This document shows positions 36,072 to 48,921 of a stretch of 64,000 bases of DNA, piece by piece. The stretch lies in NCBI RefSeq assembly GCF_006345805.1, contig NC_043024.1, positions 7,192,001 through 7,256,000 of the forward strand, read 5' to 3'. Under the pieces are notes generated by a model. That model was not told where the DNA came from, did no database searches, and saw nothing but the letters and a program-made list of their open reading frames with translations. Position numbers and translations under genes: made by a program. How positions within the stretch are numbered: position 1 is the stretch's first letter; the number at the start of each line of letters is the position of its first letter. The DNA comes from Octopus sinensis. Taxonomy: Eukaryota.

Positions 36072-38702
36072 AGCACGCATGTATATGGTTGAGTCTCACT
36101 GTGTGGAACCTTGGGCAAGTATCTTCTACTATAGCCTCAAGCTGACCAAAGCCTTGTGAGTGGATTTGGTAGATGGAAACTGAAAGAAGCCTGTCATGTG
36201 TGTGTGTGTATATTTTCTTTTACTTGTTTCAGTCATTTGACTGTGGCCATGCTTGAGCACCGCCTTTAATCGAGCAACTCAACCCCGGGACTTATTCTTT
36301 TTGTAAGCCCAGTACTTATTCTATTGGTCTCTTTTGCCGAACCGCTAAGTGACGGGGACATAAACACACCAGCATCGGTTGTCAAGCGATGCTAGGGGGA
36401 CAAACACAAACATACACACATACATATATACACATATATACGACAGGCTTCTTTTCAGTTTCCGTCTACCAGATCCACTCACAAGGCTTTGGTCGGCTCG
36501 AGGCTATAGTAGAAGACACTTGCCCAAGGTGCCACGCAGTGGAACTGAACCTGGAACCATGTGGTTGGTAAACAAGCTACTTACCACACAGCCACTCATC
36601 TTTTGCCTTTTATATTTTACTGGTTTCAGTCACTTGGCTGTAACCATGCTGGAGCACCACCTCGAAGGGGTTTTAATTGAACAAATCAACTCCAGGACTT
36701 ATTTTTAAGCCTCGTACTTATTCTAACATTCTCTTTTGCTGAACCGCTAAGTTGTCAAGCAGTGATGGGGCGACAAACACACATACACACACACATATAT
36801 GTGTATAATTTTGGGGACCATTGGGTATATGTCAGTTAGCATGTTGAGTAAAACATGTTCATAGTTTGGGCTGCTTGGTGTCATCCATGGTTGGGATATA
36901 GTTCCTCTGGATCTACATCAGGAATTCTGCAGTGTTAGTTGAGATAATTATAATTGATGAGGGAAATGGAAGACAGATTTGGCTCTAGTCTTTATTCAGT
37001 ACAACGATCATTTTGAAACATCCTGGCATAAGGCTAGCAATTTCAGGGGACAGGAAAGTCGATTACATCACCACCACCACCATCACCCCAGTGCTTAACT
37101 AATACTTATTTCATAGACCCTGAAAAGATGAAGACTAGAGCTGACTTAGCAGAATTTGAACTCAGATTGTAATGATGCATGAAATGCCACTAAGCATTTC
37201 CTCTGGTGCCAACTCGCCACCTTAACCATTTTGATACCTATATCTTTAGTACCCACAAGGGGCTAAACACAGAGAGGACAAACAAGGACAGACAAACTGA
37301 TTAAGTCGATTATATCGACTCCAGCGCGTAACTGGTACTTAATTTATCGACCCTGAAAGGATGAAAAGTAAAGTTGACCTCGGCAGAATTTGAACTCAGA
37401 ATGTAACGGCAGACGAAATACTGCTAAGCATTTCGTCCGGCATGCTAACATTTCTGCCAACGTTTTGATACCAACCCAGCTGAAACAGCCTCTGGTTCTG
37501 TAGTACAAATGTCCTGTTTTCAAAAGTTCTGAATTAAAATTTTCCACCAAACCTTAGTCACAATTTATGTTCCTAACACTAGCTTAATGATAACTAAGTT
37601 ATTTTACTAAATTCTTTGTTATATTCAAAGTAATTGAAAGAAACACAGAGCATCTCAACAGAAATAGGGTAACAAAAGGGTTAAAATATATAATAGAGAA
37701 ACAATTCTTTACCCTTTTGATACAAACCCAACTGAAACAGCCTCTGGTTCTGTAGTACAAGTGTTTTGTTTTCAGAAGTTCAGAATTAAAAATCTTCCAC
37801 CAAACCTTAGTCACAATTTATGTTCCTAATGCTAGCTGAATAACAACTAAGCTATTTTACTAAATTCTTTGTTATATTCAAAATTAATTGAAAGAAACAC
37901 AGAGCATCTCAACAGAAATAGGGTAACAAAAGGGTTAAGGAAGATCATAAAATCAGTTTCAAATTTTAGCACAAGGCCAGCAATTTCAGAGAAGGGTTAG
38001 GTTGACTACATCAACCCCAGTGCTCAACTGGTGCTTATTTTATCGTTCCTGAAAGGATGAAAGGCAAAGTCAACCTTAGCAGGATTTGAACTCAGAACAT
38101 AAAGATAGACAAAATACTGCTAAACACTTTTCCGGCATAGTAATAATTCTGCCAACTCACCGCCTTAAGGAAGATGATAATTTTAACATGATGCCTAGTA
38201 TGTCTTAGACTCATGACTATTACATCATGTCACATCTCAAAGAACAGGAGATAGCTACACAACATCTAATGACCAAAAAAGACAGCAAAACTCTTAAACC
38301 CCTAAGAAGCAACAGTAAATGCTGTTAATGCCATTCTTCAGTGGAGGGCACATCACATGTAATCATTCATCAGCACTCAGTATCCGTTTTCCAAACTAGC
38401 ATGGGTTGGACAATTCAACAGGAGCTGACAAACCAGAGGACCCACGCCAAGCTTCAATGTCTTCATGGATACGGTTTCTGCAGTGAGCTGCCTTTCCTAA
38501 CGCCACCCTCTTTACCAACGACTGGAAACGCCATCATATAATCAATTCTTATCTTTTCTTGTCAGGTATCCCCTGTTAATCCTATCTTTTCTACTATTAC
38601 CCTCCGGCTGCACCTCTCCTACACATGGATCACAGTGGACTCTACTCTTGATGAGAAATCCTTGCAACACACCACGACGTCTAAAAAACCTTTGAACTTT
38701 AT

Positions 38703-39481
38703 GTATAGATTGTTAGCCACTACACACATTTTTTTTCTCTCCTTGTTTTTTCTGTGTCCCTTTCTGTAGAAGAGCGTAGGCTCGAAACATAAAAGACTTT
38801 TTCTATTCCTGAGCATTATACTAATATATCTGTTTGTTTTGTACACCACCTGTCTTCGCCTTTTGTTTTTTTCGTAAACTCTCCCTATATATATATAACG
38901 ATCTATCAGTCACCATGATAGATCGTTAGCCAATACACACATTTTTTTCTCTCCCTGTTTTTTATGTGTCCCTTTCTGTAGAAGAGCGTAGGCTCGAAAC
39001 ATAAAAGACTTTTTCTATTCCTAAGCGTTATATTAATACATCTGTTTGTTTTGTACACCACCTGTCTTCGTCTTTTGTTTTATTTGTATACTTTCTCTAT
39101 ATAACAATCTCTCTAGTGCAAGTGACATGATAAAATGCATCTAGTGCAATTCTGTAAAGCGAAGAGTCATATTTCATCACAACAGCAACTTTAGAGGGTT
39201 ATTGAGTCCTTAATAGGACAAGATCTCATTGACTCTTCGCTTTACAGAATTGCACTAGATGCATTTTATCATGTCACTTGCACTAGAGAGATTGTTATAT
39301 AGAGAAAGTATACAAATAAAACAAAAGACGAAGACAGGTGGTGTACAAAACAAACAGATGTATTAATATAACGCTTAGGAATAGAAAAAGTCTTTTATGT
39401 TTCGAGCCTACGCTCTTCTACAGAAAGGGACACAGAAAAAACAAGGAGAGAAAAAAAATGTGTGTAGTGGCTAACAATCTA
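38703..39481. mobile_element. Penelope-like terminal-repeat unit: one direct copy plus a ~250-bp-arm inverted pair, with hammerhead-like motifs
   Basis: Arms 38919-39168 and 39231-39481 are nearly perfect reverse complements; 38703-38890 is a direct copy. Motif CTTT-CTGTAGA-AGAGC-GTAG-GCTC-GAAAC-ATA-AAAG occurs three times. Confidence 0.6.
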
Positions 39482-39510
39482 TATATATATACATACACAT
39501 ATATATATAC

Positions 39511-39547
<37 letters not shown>

Positions 39548-40038
39548 CATATATATACATACATATATATACACATATATATATATATAAAATTCGATTA
39601 GAGGTTATGTTAGTCTCATGAAGGGATGCTATCATCCAAGAAAATACTGGTTCAATACCTAATATTTTGGTGGGGAATTGACTTGCTTAAAATAATATAT
39701 ATATATATATATCATCATCATCATCATCGTTTAATGTCTGTTTTCCATGCTAGCATGGGTTGGACAGTTCGACCGGGGTCTGGGAAGCCAGAAGGCTGCA
39801 CCAGGCTCCAGTCTGATCTGGCAGTGTTTCTACAGCTGGATGCCCTTCCTAACATCAACCACTCCATGTGTAGTGGGTGCTTTTTACATGCCACCGATAT
39901 ATATATATATAAGCCCACTCGATTGGGAGAAAGCGCTAATCCAAATGATATGATCTGAATGATATGATATATATGTAAAAAATGTAATATATAAATAAAT
40001 ATCTATAAATATGAACCATCCGATCTGATTACCTCATT

Positions 40039-40069
<31 letters not shown>

Positions 40070-40294
40070 TTCTTTATTACCCACAAGGGGCTAAACATAG
40101 AGGAGACAAACAAGGACAGACAAAGGGATTAAATCGATTACATCGACCCCAGTGCGTTATTGGTACTTAATTATCGACCCCGAAAGGATGAAAGGCAAAG
40201 TCGACCTCAGCGGAATTTGAACTCACAACGTAACGGCAGACGAAATACCGCTAAGCATTTCGCCCGACGTGCTAACGTTTCTGCCAGCTCGCCG

Positions 40295-40349
<55 letters not shown>

Positions 40350-41445
40350 ATATATAGATATATATATATATATACATACACACACACGTGTGTGTATGTG
40401 TGTAAAGGCACATGGCTCCGTAGATAGAGTGTCGGGTTCACAATCATGAAGTAGTGAGTTCGAATCCTGGACCAGGCTGTGTGTTGTGTTCTTGAGCAAG
40501 ACACTTTATTTCATATTACTCCAGTTCTACTCAGCTGTAGAAATGAGTTGTGACATCACTGGTGCCAAGCTGTATTGACCTTTGCCTTTCCTTTGGATAA
40601 CATCAAAGGCGTGGAGAGGGGAGGCTGGTATGCATGGGCGATTGCTGATCTTCCACAAACAACCTTGTCCAGACCTGTGCCTCAGAGGGGAACTTTCTAG
40701 GCACAATCCCACGGTCATTCGTGACCAAAGGGAGTCTTTACCCTCACCCATCATGTATGTGTGTGTGTATGTGTGTGTGTGGAGTGTCTTGTCTTTTACT
40801 TGCTTCAGTCATTTAGACTGCGGCCATGCTGGGGCACTGCCTAGAAGAATTTTAGTCAAACAGATCAACGCCAGTACATATTCTATCAGTCACATCCTGC
40901 TGAACTGCTAAGTTACAGGAATATAAACACACCAACACCGATTGTCAAGTAGTGGTGTGCAACAAATACAGACTCAAACACACACACGTGTATGTGTGTG
41001 TATATATATATATGTATATGTATGTATGTGTATATATATATATATATATATACTTTTACTCTCTCTTTTTACTCTTTTACTGGTTTCAGTCATTTGACTG
41101 CGGCCATGCTGGAGCACCGCCTGTAGTGAAGCAAATCGACCACAGGACTTATTCTTTGTAAGCCTAGTACTTATTCTATCAATCTCTTTTGCCGAACCGC
41201 TAAATTACGGGGACGTAAACAAACCCCCATCGGTTGTCAAGCGATGTTCAGGGGACAAACACAGACACACACACATACATATATACGATAGGCTTCTTTC
41301 AGTTTCCATCTAACAAATCCACTCACAAGGCTTTGGTTGGCCCGAGGCTATAGCAGAAGACACTTCCCCAAGGTGACATGCAGTGGGACTGAATCCGGAA
41401 CCATGTGGTTGGTAAGCAAGCTACTTACCACACACCACTCCTGCA

Positions 41446-41503
<58 letters not shown>

Positions 41504-41687
41504 TACGTGTAAATGGGCTTCTTTCAGTTTCCATCTACCAGATCCTCTCACAAGGCATTGATCGGCCCGAGGCTATAGTAGAAGACACTCGCGCAAGGTG
41601 CCACGCAGTGGGACTGAACCCGGAACCATGTGGTTGGTAAGCAAGCTACTTACCACACAGCCACTCCTGCGCCTATATATGTATATA

Positions 41688-41751
<64 letters not shown>

Positions 41752-42692
41752 TGTAAATGGGCTTCTTTCAGTTTCCATCTACCAAATCCACTCACAAGGC
41801 TTTGGTATGCCCAAGGCTATAGTAGAAAACACCTGTCCAAAAGTAATGTGCAATGGAACTGAACTCGGAACCATGTTGTTAGGAAGAAAACTTCTTACGA
41901 CACAGCCACACATAATCATGTCAGTTTCCCCTTATTGGCACGGAACAGACAGTTTGACAGAATCCGGCGGGCCACAGGGCCGTGTCAAGAACCAACGTCG
42001 ACTTTGGCATGGTTTCTTGAGCAGGATACCATTCCTATCTAACACTATATAATTCATATTTATATATAATGCAATGACTATATACATACATTCACATAAA
42101 ATGCAAAGCTATATTCATACTTTAGATATATATATACATATATATGTATAAACACACAAGTTAAATGGAGATGTAGACATTTCTGCTTCACTCGCCAACC
42201 ATGTGGTCTCCGGTTCAGTCCCTCTCCGTGTCAACATAGGCAAGAGTCAGCTACTTTAACACTAGGTCAACTAAAATCTTAGTATGGTTATAGAATTAGT
42301 TTCTTCACACATGTAATAGAGTATTAGTGTTCCTCACATAACACTTGTATTCTTAACGTAATTTGGGAGCAGAATTAGAGTGAGATGATCGAGACTTCTT
42401 CGATTCAACTGCAAAGCCCGGAAGAATATAAGACGATGGTAAATGATATTTGTCCAAGATGATATACAAAAGGGTTCGAACTCGGACCATCATGGCCGAG
42501 TCAACTTCTCGACGACTCGGAAGTGTTATACGAACATACACACACGCAAACACATAAATATATATATATACACATCTGAAACACACACATGGATATAAAC
42601 ATTACATATATATATGTATATACACTCACACATATATAGCACGTCACATACACCAATATATACACATATATATAGACAGACACACAGATACA

Positions 42693-42736
<44 letters not shown>

Positions 42737-43223
42737 CGTTTATATAGAAAGACATACATACGGTATATACGCACGTAAATATACGTATATGAGTGTATAA
42801 TATACATGTGTATAATGTATTTGTGCATGTATGTAGATACATACATACACAAGTGTACATATATATATATATATTTGTTTTCCACCTGCCTTCGTCTTTT
42901 GTTTATTTTCATAAAGCTTCCCGTTATATATATATATATATATACGCAAATATACTGATGTCCATACATAAGTACACTCATACGTACACACCCACACAGA
43001 AACATATATACATATGTATGTAAACGTACACATATATACACACTCGTAGACTTATACTCTGTAGTATATTATACACAAGGTATCCACATACATATAGATA
43101 TAATTCATAATTAGCCAGACCAGAAAATGCGGGCCTTTCAGTACATCTTGCAGGGCTGTCCGTACGAAGAAGAATTGGCAAAGTATTCTGAGATCTATTT
43201 CTCATGTTTGGGAGATGAGATGT

Positions 43224-43229
<6 letters not shown>

Positions 43230-43264
<35 letters not shown>

Positions 43265-45017
43265 AATTCATACATTATATATAGTCCAATGACTATATAC
43301 ATACATTCACATAAAATGCAAAGCTATATTCATACATTAGATAGATATATATATATATATATAGATATATATATATAATATATATATATATACATAGATA
43401 GATAGATATACATACATATATATATACATAGATAGATAGATATACATATATATATACATAGATAGATAGATATACATACATATATATATACATAGATAGA
43501 TAGATATACATATATATATATACATAGATAGATAGATATACATATATTATATATACATATAGATAGATATACATATATTATATATATGTATATATACATA
43601 GATAGATATACATATATATGTATATATATATATACATATATATGTATATATAGATATACATATATATGTATATATAGATATATAGATATACATATATATA
43701 TAGATAGATAGATATACATATATATATTATATATACTAGATAGATATACATATATATATGTATATATACATAGATAGATATACATATATATATGTATATA
43801 TACATAGATAGATATACATATATATATGTATATATACATAGATAGATATACATATATATATGTATATATACATAGATAGATATACATATATATGTATATA
43901 TAGATATACATATATATACATATATATGTATATATAGATAGATAGATATACATATATATGTATATATAGATAGATAGATATACATATATATGTATAGATA
44001 GATAGATAGATATACATATATATGTATATAGATAGATAGATATACATATATATGTATATAGATAGATAGATATACATATATATATATATAGATAGATAGA
44101 TATACATATATATGTATATATAGATATACATATATATGTATATATAGATAGATAGATAGATATATATACATATATATATATGTATATATACATCGATAGA
44201 TAGATATACATATATATATACATATATATATATGTATATATACATAGATAGATAGATAGATATACATATATATATGTATATATACATAGATGGATAGATA
44301 GATATACATATATATATGTATATATACATAGATAGATAGATATACATATACATATATATATATATATGTATATATACACACACACATATATATAGGTGGG
44401 TAGGTAAATAGACAAATCGCTAGCTACAATGTATATTCAGTGAATTGTGTGGGTGTTAAATGTATGATTTGTACGAATGAATGTATATATACATATATAT
44501 ATAAATGTATGGATATACATACATAAATATGATCAAATATTATACATATATATGTATATAAATATATATATCACGAGCAAATGAAGGTGACTGTACGTGG
44601 TGCCTCTACCTGTTAGAAATAGCAGTTAAGTCTCCCTGAAATCCAAAAAAAAGAAGGCCACATTATCATTATATGATAATGAAGGCTTGGTATACCTTTA
44701 AATAAATATATATATATACATTCATAGGGGTGATCACAGCTGGAATGTCTTTGATCATGGGTTTGTCCGCTTGAATCAAGACTGACCTGTGGTTAAATAA
44801 CAACAACATCGATATATAATATGTATGTATATTTATATATGTATATATATATATATACTAACCGTTTGTTAAATTGGGGGTTTAATTTCTCCCTCTTTTC
44901 CTTTCTTCCTTTGACTTCCTTTCTTTTTCCTTTTCTCTCTTCTTTCTCTCCTTTCTTTTTACATAAATTTATACTCACGTCTTTATGTGTATATATGTAT
45001 GTATATGTATATATAAC

Positions 45018-45053
<36 letters not shown>

Positions 45054-45108
45054 ATATGTATATATATGTATGTATATGTGTATATATAATATATATAATA
45101 TATGTATG

Positions 45109-45159
<51 letters not shown>

Positions 45160-45600
45160 ATGTTATATATATATATAATATGTATATATAATATATATAT
45201 ATATGTGTATGTATATATGTATATATAATATATATATGTATGTATATGTATATATATATATGTAGGTGTATAAATGTTATATATGTACACTATAGAGTAT
45301 ATATGTATCTGTGAATGTGTGTGTTTGTGCGTATAAATGTAAGTATATATATATATATGTGTGTGTATGTATATATTATGTATATATATATATATGTATA
45401 TGTAGGTGTATATATTTAATATAGTACACTGTAGTGTATATATGTATCTATGAATGTATGTGTTTGTGTGTATAAATGTAAGTATATATATATATGTGTG
45501 TGTGTATATATATATATATATGAATGTGTGTGAGTATATATATATATGTGTGTGTGTATGTGCCTGTGTGTGCGTGTATGTATGTATGTATGTGTGTGTG
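43230..45600. repeat. (TA)/(GATA)/(TACA) compound microsatellite fields; comparable fields at 5172-5695, 6600-6940 and 15020-16170
   Basis: Low-complexity di- and tetranucleotide repeats; source of the YI/CV-rich ORFs. Confidence 0.95.
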
Positions 45601-45869
45601 TCTGTGTGCCTAAGTGTTATCTAGAATCCTATCTAGAAGAAAGAATAATCCCAGTTCTCCACCGCCTCCACCACACCAGCCTCCGCCGACACCGCCTCCA
45701 CCGCAGATCTGGTCCCTAATTTTGTTGTTGTTGCTATTGTTGCTATTGCTGCTGCTGCTGCTGTTGTTGTTGTGTTGCTATTGTTGCTTGCTTCAAGTCC
45801 CGCGTCCATCTCATCTTCGTCGCCTCTTGCTGCCTTCTTTTCGCATCTGTCAACTCCATACTTTAATAC

Positions 45870-48160
45870 CTTCCATCTTTGTCCATCTCTCTCTCTCTCT
45901 CTCTCAACTCTCTCTCTATTTGTGTCTTTATCTCTCTCTCACTCCCTCTATTTATGTCTTTATCTCTCCCACTCTCTCTCTCTATTTGTGTCTTTATCTC
46001 TCTCCCACTCTCTCTCACTCTCCCTCTATTTGTGTCTTTATCTCTCTCTCACTCTCTCTATTTATGTCTTTATCTCTCTCACCCTCTCTCTATTTGTGTT
46101 TTTATCTCTCTCACACTTCCTCTCTATTTGTGGCTTTATCTTTCTTTCACTCTCTCTATTTATGTCTTTATCTCTCCCACTCTCTCTCTATTTCTGTCTT
46201 TATATCTCCCACTCTCTCTCTGTCTTTATATCTCCCACTCTCTCTCTATTTCTGTCTTTATCTCTCCCACACTCACTTTCTCTCTTTGCCTCTGTTTTTA
46301 TCTCTTCCTTACTCTTTCTCTCTCTCTCTCTCTCTGCTTGTCTTTCACTTGCCTTCCACTCCTCCTTTCTCTCTCCCTCACTCTTTCACTCTCCATCTTT
46401 GCCTTTCAAATGCTCTCACTCCCCCTCTCTATTATCACAAGCTTTCTTTCACTCTCTCCCTCACTCCCTCTCTCTCATCTTCATACTCTCACCCTTTCCC
46501 CGTCAGCCATTCTCACACTCATTTCACTCTGACTATTTTCCATTCGTCCTCATTTTTTCATTCTCTCTTCTGATAACCTCCATATTTTGTCACTGTTTAC
46601 GTTTTTTCACTCTTTCTCTCTTATCTGTGTCATTATATTTCTTCCTCTCCCTTCTCTCTCTGTTTCCCCCTCTTTTCCTTTTACCTCCCTCTATACTTCT
46701 TTATCTCTCTCCTCTCTCTGTTTCTTACTCCCTCTCTGTACGTCTATGTATCTCCCTCTATGCTTCAGCTCTCTTCCTCTCTCCGTGATGCTCACTCCCT
46801 CTCTTTATATCTCTCCTCTCTCTGTACCTTTATGTATCTCCCTCTACGTTTCAGCTCTCTTGCTCACTCCCTCTGTTTATCTTTTTCCTCTCTCCCTCTC
46901 TGTGCCTTCATGTATCTCTCTCTTCCTCTCTCCGTGATGCTCACTCCCTCTCTTTATATCTCTCCTCTCTCTGTACCTTTATGTGTCTCCCTCTACGCTT
47001 CAGCTCTCTTCCTCTCTCCGTGATGCTTACTCCCTCTGCTTATCTCTCTCCTCTCTCCCTCTCTGTGCCTTCATGTATCTCTCTCTTCCTCTCTCCGTGA
47101 TGCTCACTCCCTCTCTTTATATCTCTCCTCTCTCTGTACGTTTATGTATCTCCCTCTACGCTTCAGCTCTCTTCCTCTCTCCGTGATGCTCACTCCCTCT
47201 GTTTATCTCTCTCCTCTCTCCCTCTCTGTACCTTCATGTATCTCCCTCTTCCTCTCTCCGTGATGCTCACTCCCTCTCTTTATATCTCTCCTCTCTCTGT
47301 ACCTTTATGTATCTCCTCTACGCTTCAGCTCTCTTCCTCTCTCCGTGATGCTCACTCCCTCTGTTTATCTCTCTCCTCTCTCCCTCTCTGTACCTTCATG
47401 TATCTCCCTCTTCCTCTCTCCGTGATGCTCACTCCCTCTCTTTATCTCTTTCCTCTCTCTGTACCTTCATGTATCTCCCTCTATGCTTCAGCTCTCTTCC
47501 TCTTTCCGTGATGCTCACTCCCTCTGTTTATCTCTCTCCTCTCTCTGTTTCTCACTCCCTCTCCATACTTTTATGTATCTCCGTCTATGCTTCAGCTCTT
47601 TTCCTCTCTCCTTGATGCTGACTCCCTCTCTTTAGCTCTCTTTTCACTCTGTTTTTCACTCCGTCTCTGTACCTTTATGTATCTCCCTCTATGCTTCAGC
47701 TCTCTTCCCTCTCTGTACCTTTATGTATCTCCCTCTTCCTCTCTCCGAGATGCTCACTCCCTCTGTTTATTTCTGTTTCTCACTCCCTCTCTGTACCTTT
47801 ATGTATCTCTCTCTACGCTTCAGCTCTCTTCCTCTCTCCGTAATGCTCACTCCCTCTGTACCTCTATGTATCTCCCTCTTCCTCTCTTCGTGATGCTCAC
47901 TCCCTCTCTTTATCTCTTTTCTCTCTCTGTACCTTTATGTATCTCCCTCTAAGCTTCAGCTCACTCCCTCTCTTTATCTCTTTTCTCTCTCTGTACCTTT
48001 ATGTATCTCCCTCTACGCTTCAGATCTCTTCCTCTCTCCGTGATACTCACTCCCTCTCTTTATGCTGCCTTACCTTCCTCAACTTTCTCCCTCTCTCTCA
48101 TTCTATGTTTATCTTTATGTCTCTCTCTCCAATTCTATTTCTCTTTCTTTCTTAAGCTGT
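45870..48160 (+). repeat. CT-rich simple repeat and minisatellite block
   Basis: ~30-bp TCTATTTGTGTCTTTATCTCTC units (45870-46330) and variable-length CTCCGTGATGCTCACTCCCTCT units (46780-48060). Confidence 0.85.
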
Positions 48161-48249
48161 TAGTTTCTATATCTCTATAATTATATCATCTCATATCTCT
48201 CGCGCTTACCACGTTCCTTACGTACACCCATGATATACACGTGTGTATA

Positions 48250-48280
<31 letters not shown>

Positions 48281-48599
48281 GCACGAGTAAATGTTCCTTT
48301 ATTTTTTTTAATTATATTACTAAATTAAGTCTTTATTTGTTGAAATTATAACATAATTTGAACAATAGTCTCAGTATTATTTTTTATTACCATTACTAAA
48401 TAAATACTTATAAATACTTATAATAAAAGCAGCAGTTTTCAGTGTTATTACATCCCACATCCGTCGCTCTTAAAATACAATTAAAGAAACAATTATTATT
48501 ATTAATATTATTAACAATAATTGTGGCCTTTGTGCCTATGGTAAAGGCATTATCATCGTCTCCTCCATCATTATTAAGTAATAGTATCATTCACTGCTG

Positions 48600-48740
48600 A
48601 ACTGAACTGCTTTCCGGTTACATCCTACCTCCTGTTTCTTTTTACCTCTTTCCCCTCCTCCTACATTAATCCTATTTTGCTTTTGTACCGGACCTCTTAT
48701 CCGTCATTCAAAACTCCGGAATTTCCAGAAATCCGGAGAT
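48600..48740. promoter_or_regulatory. Candidate promoter-like patch (CCGGAA motifs, TCAGTT Inr-like on minus strand)
   Basis: TTCCGGTT at 48612, quasi-palindrome TCCGGAATTTCCAGAAATCCGGA at about 48715-48737. Could instead be part of a plus-strand 3' UTR. Confidence 0.25.
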
Positions 48741-48921
48741 ATTGTTCAATTATATGCAATGTGTTGTATCCTGTATTGAGTATACAGGCTCTGATCTTTA
48801 AAAGTAGTTAATTTGCATACGGTGTGTTGTGTTAAATATAGTTTTGTTGTTATGTAGATGAATAAAGATTAAATATACTCAGTTTTAGAATTGTATTGTT
48901 TAGTTTTCATCCTAAAACATA

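Noticed and set aside
43330-44415. Long YI/CV/HT-rich ORFs (also 5113-5853, 6404-6934, 15596-16148, 44793-45290)
   Set aside because: Translations of (TA)/(CA)/(GATA) microsatellites that lack stops by composition.
45614-47952. Long Leu/Ser-rich ORFs (319 and 338 aa and others)
   Set aside because: They derive from the CT-rich repeat block; only the first ~250 bp are unique and are treated as a finding.
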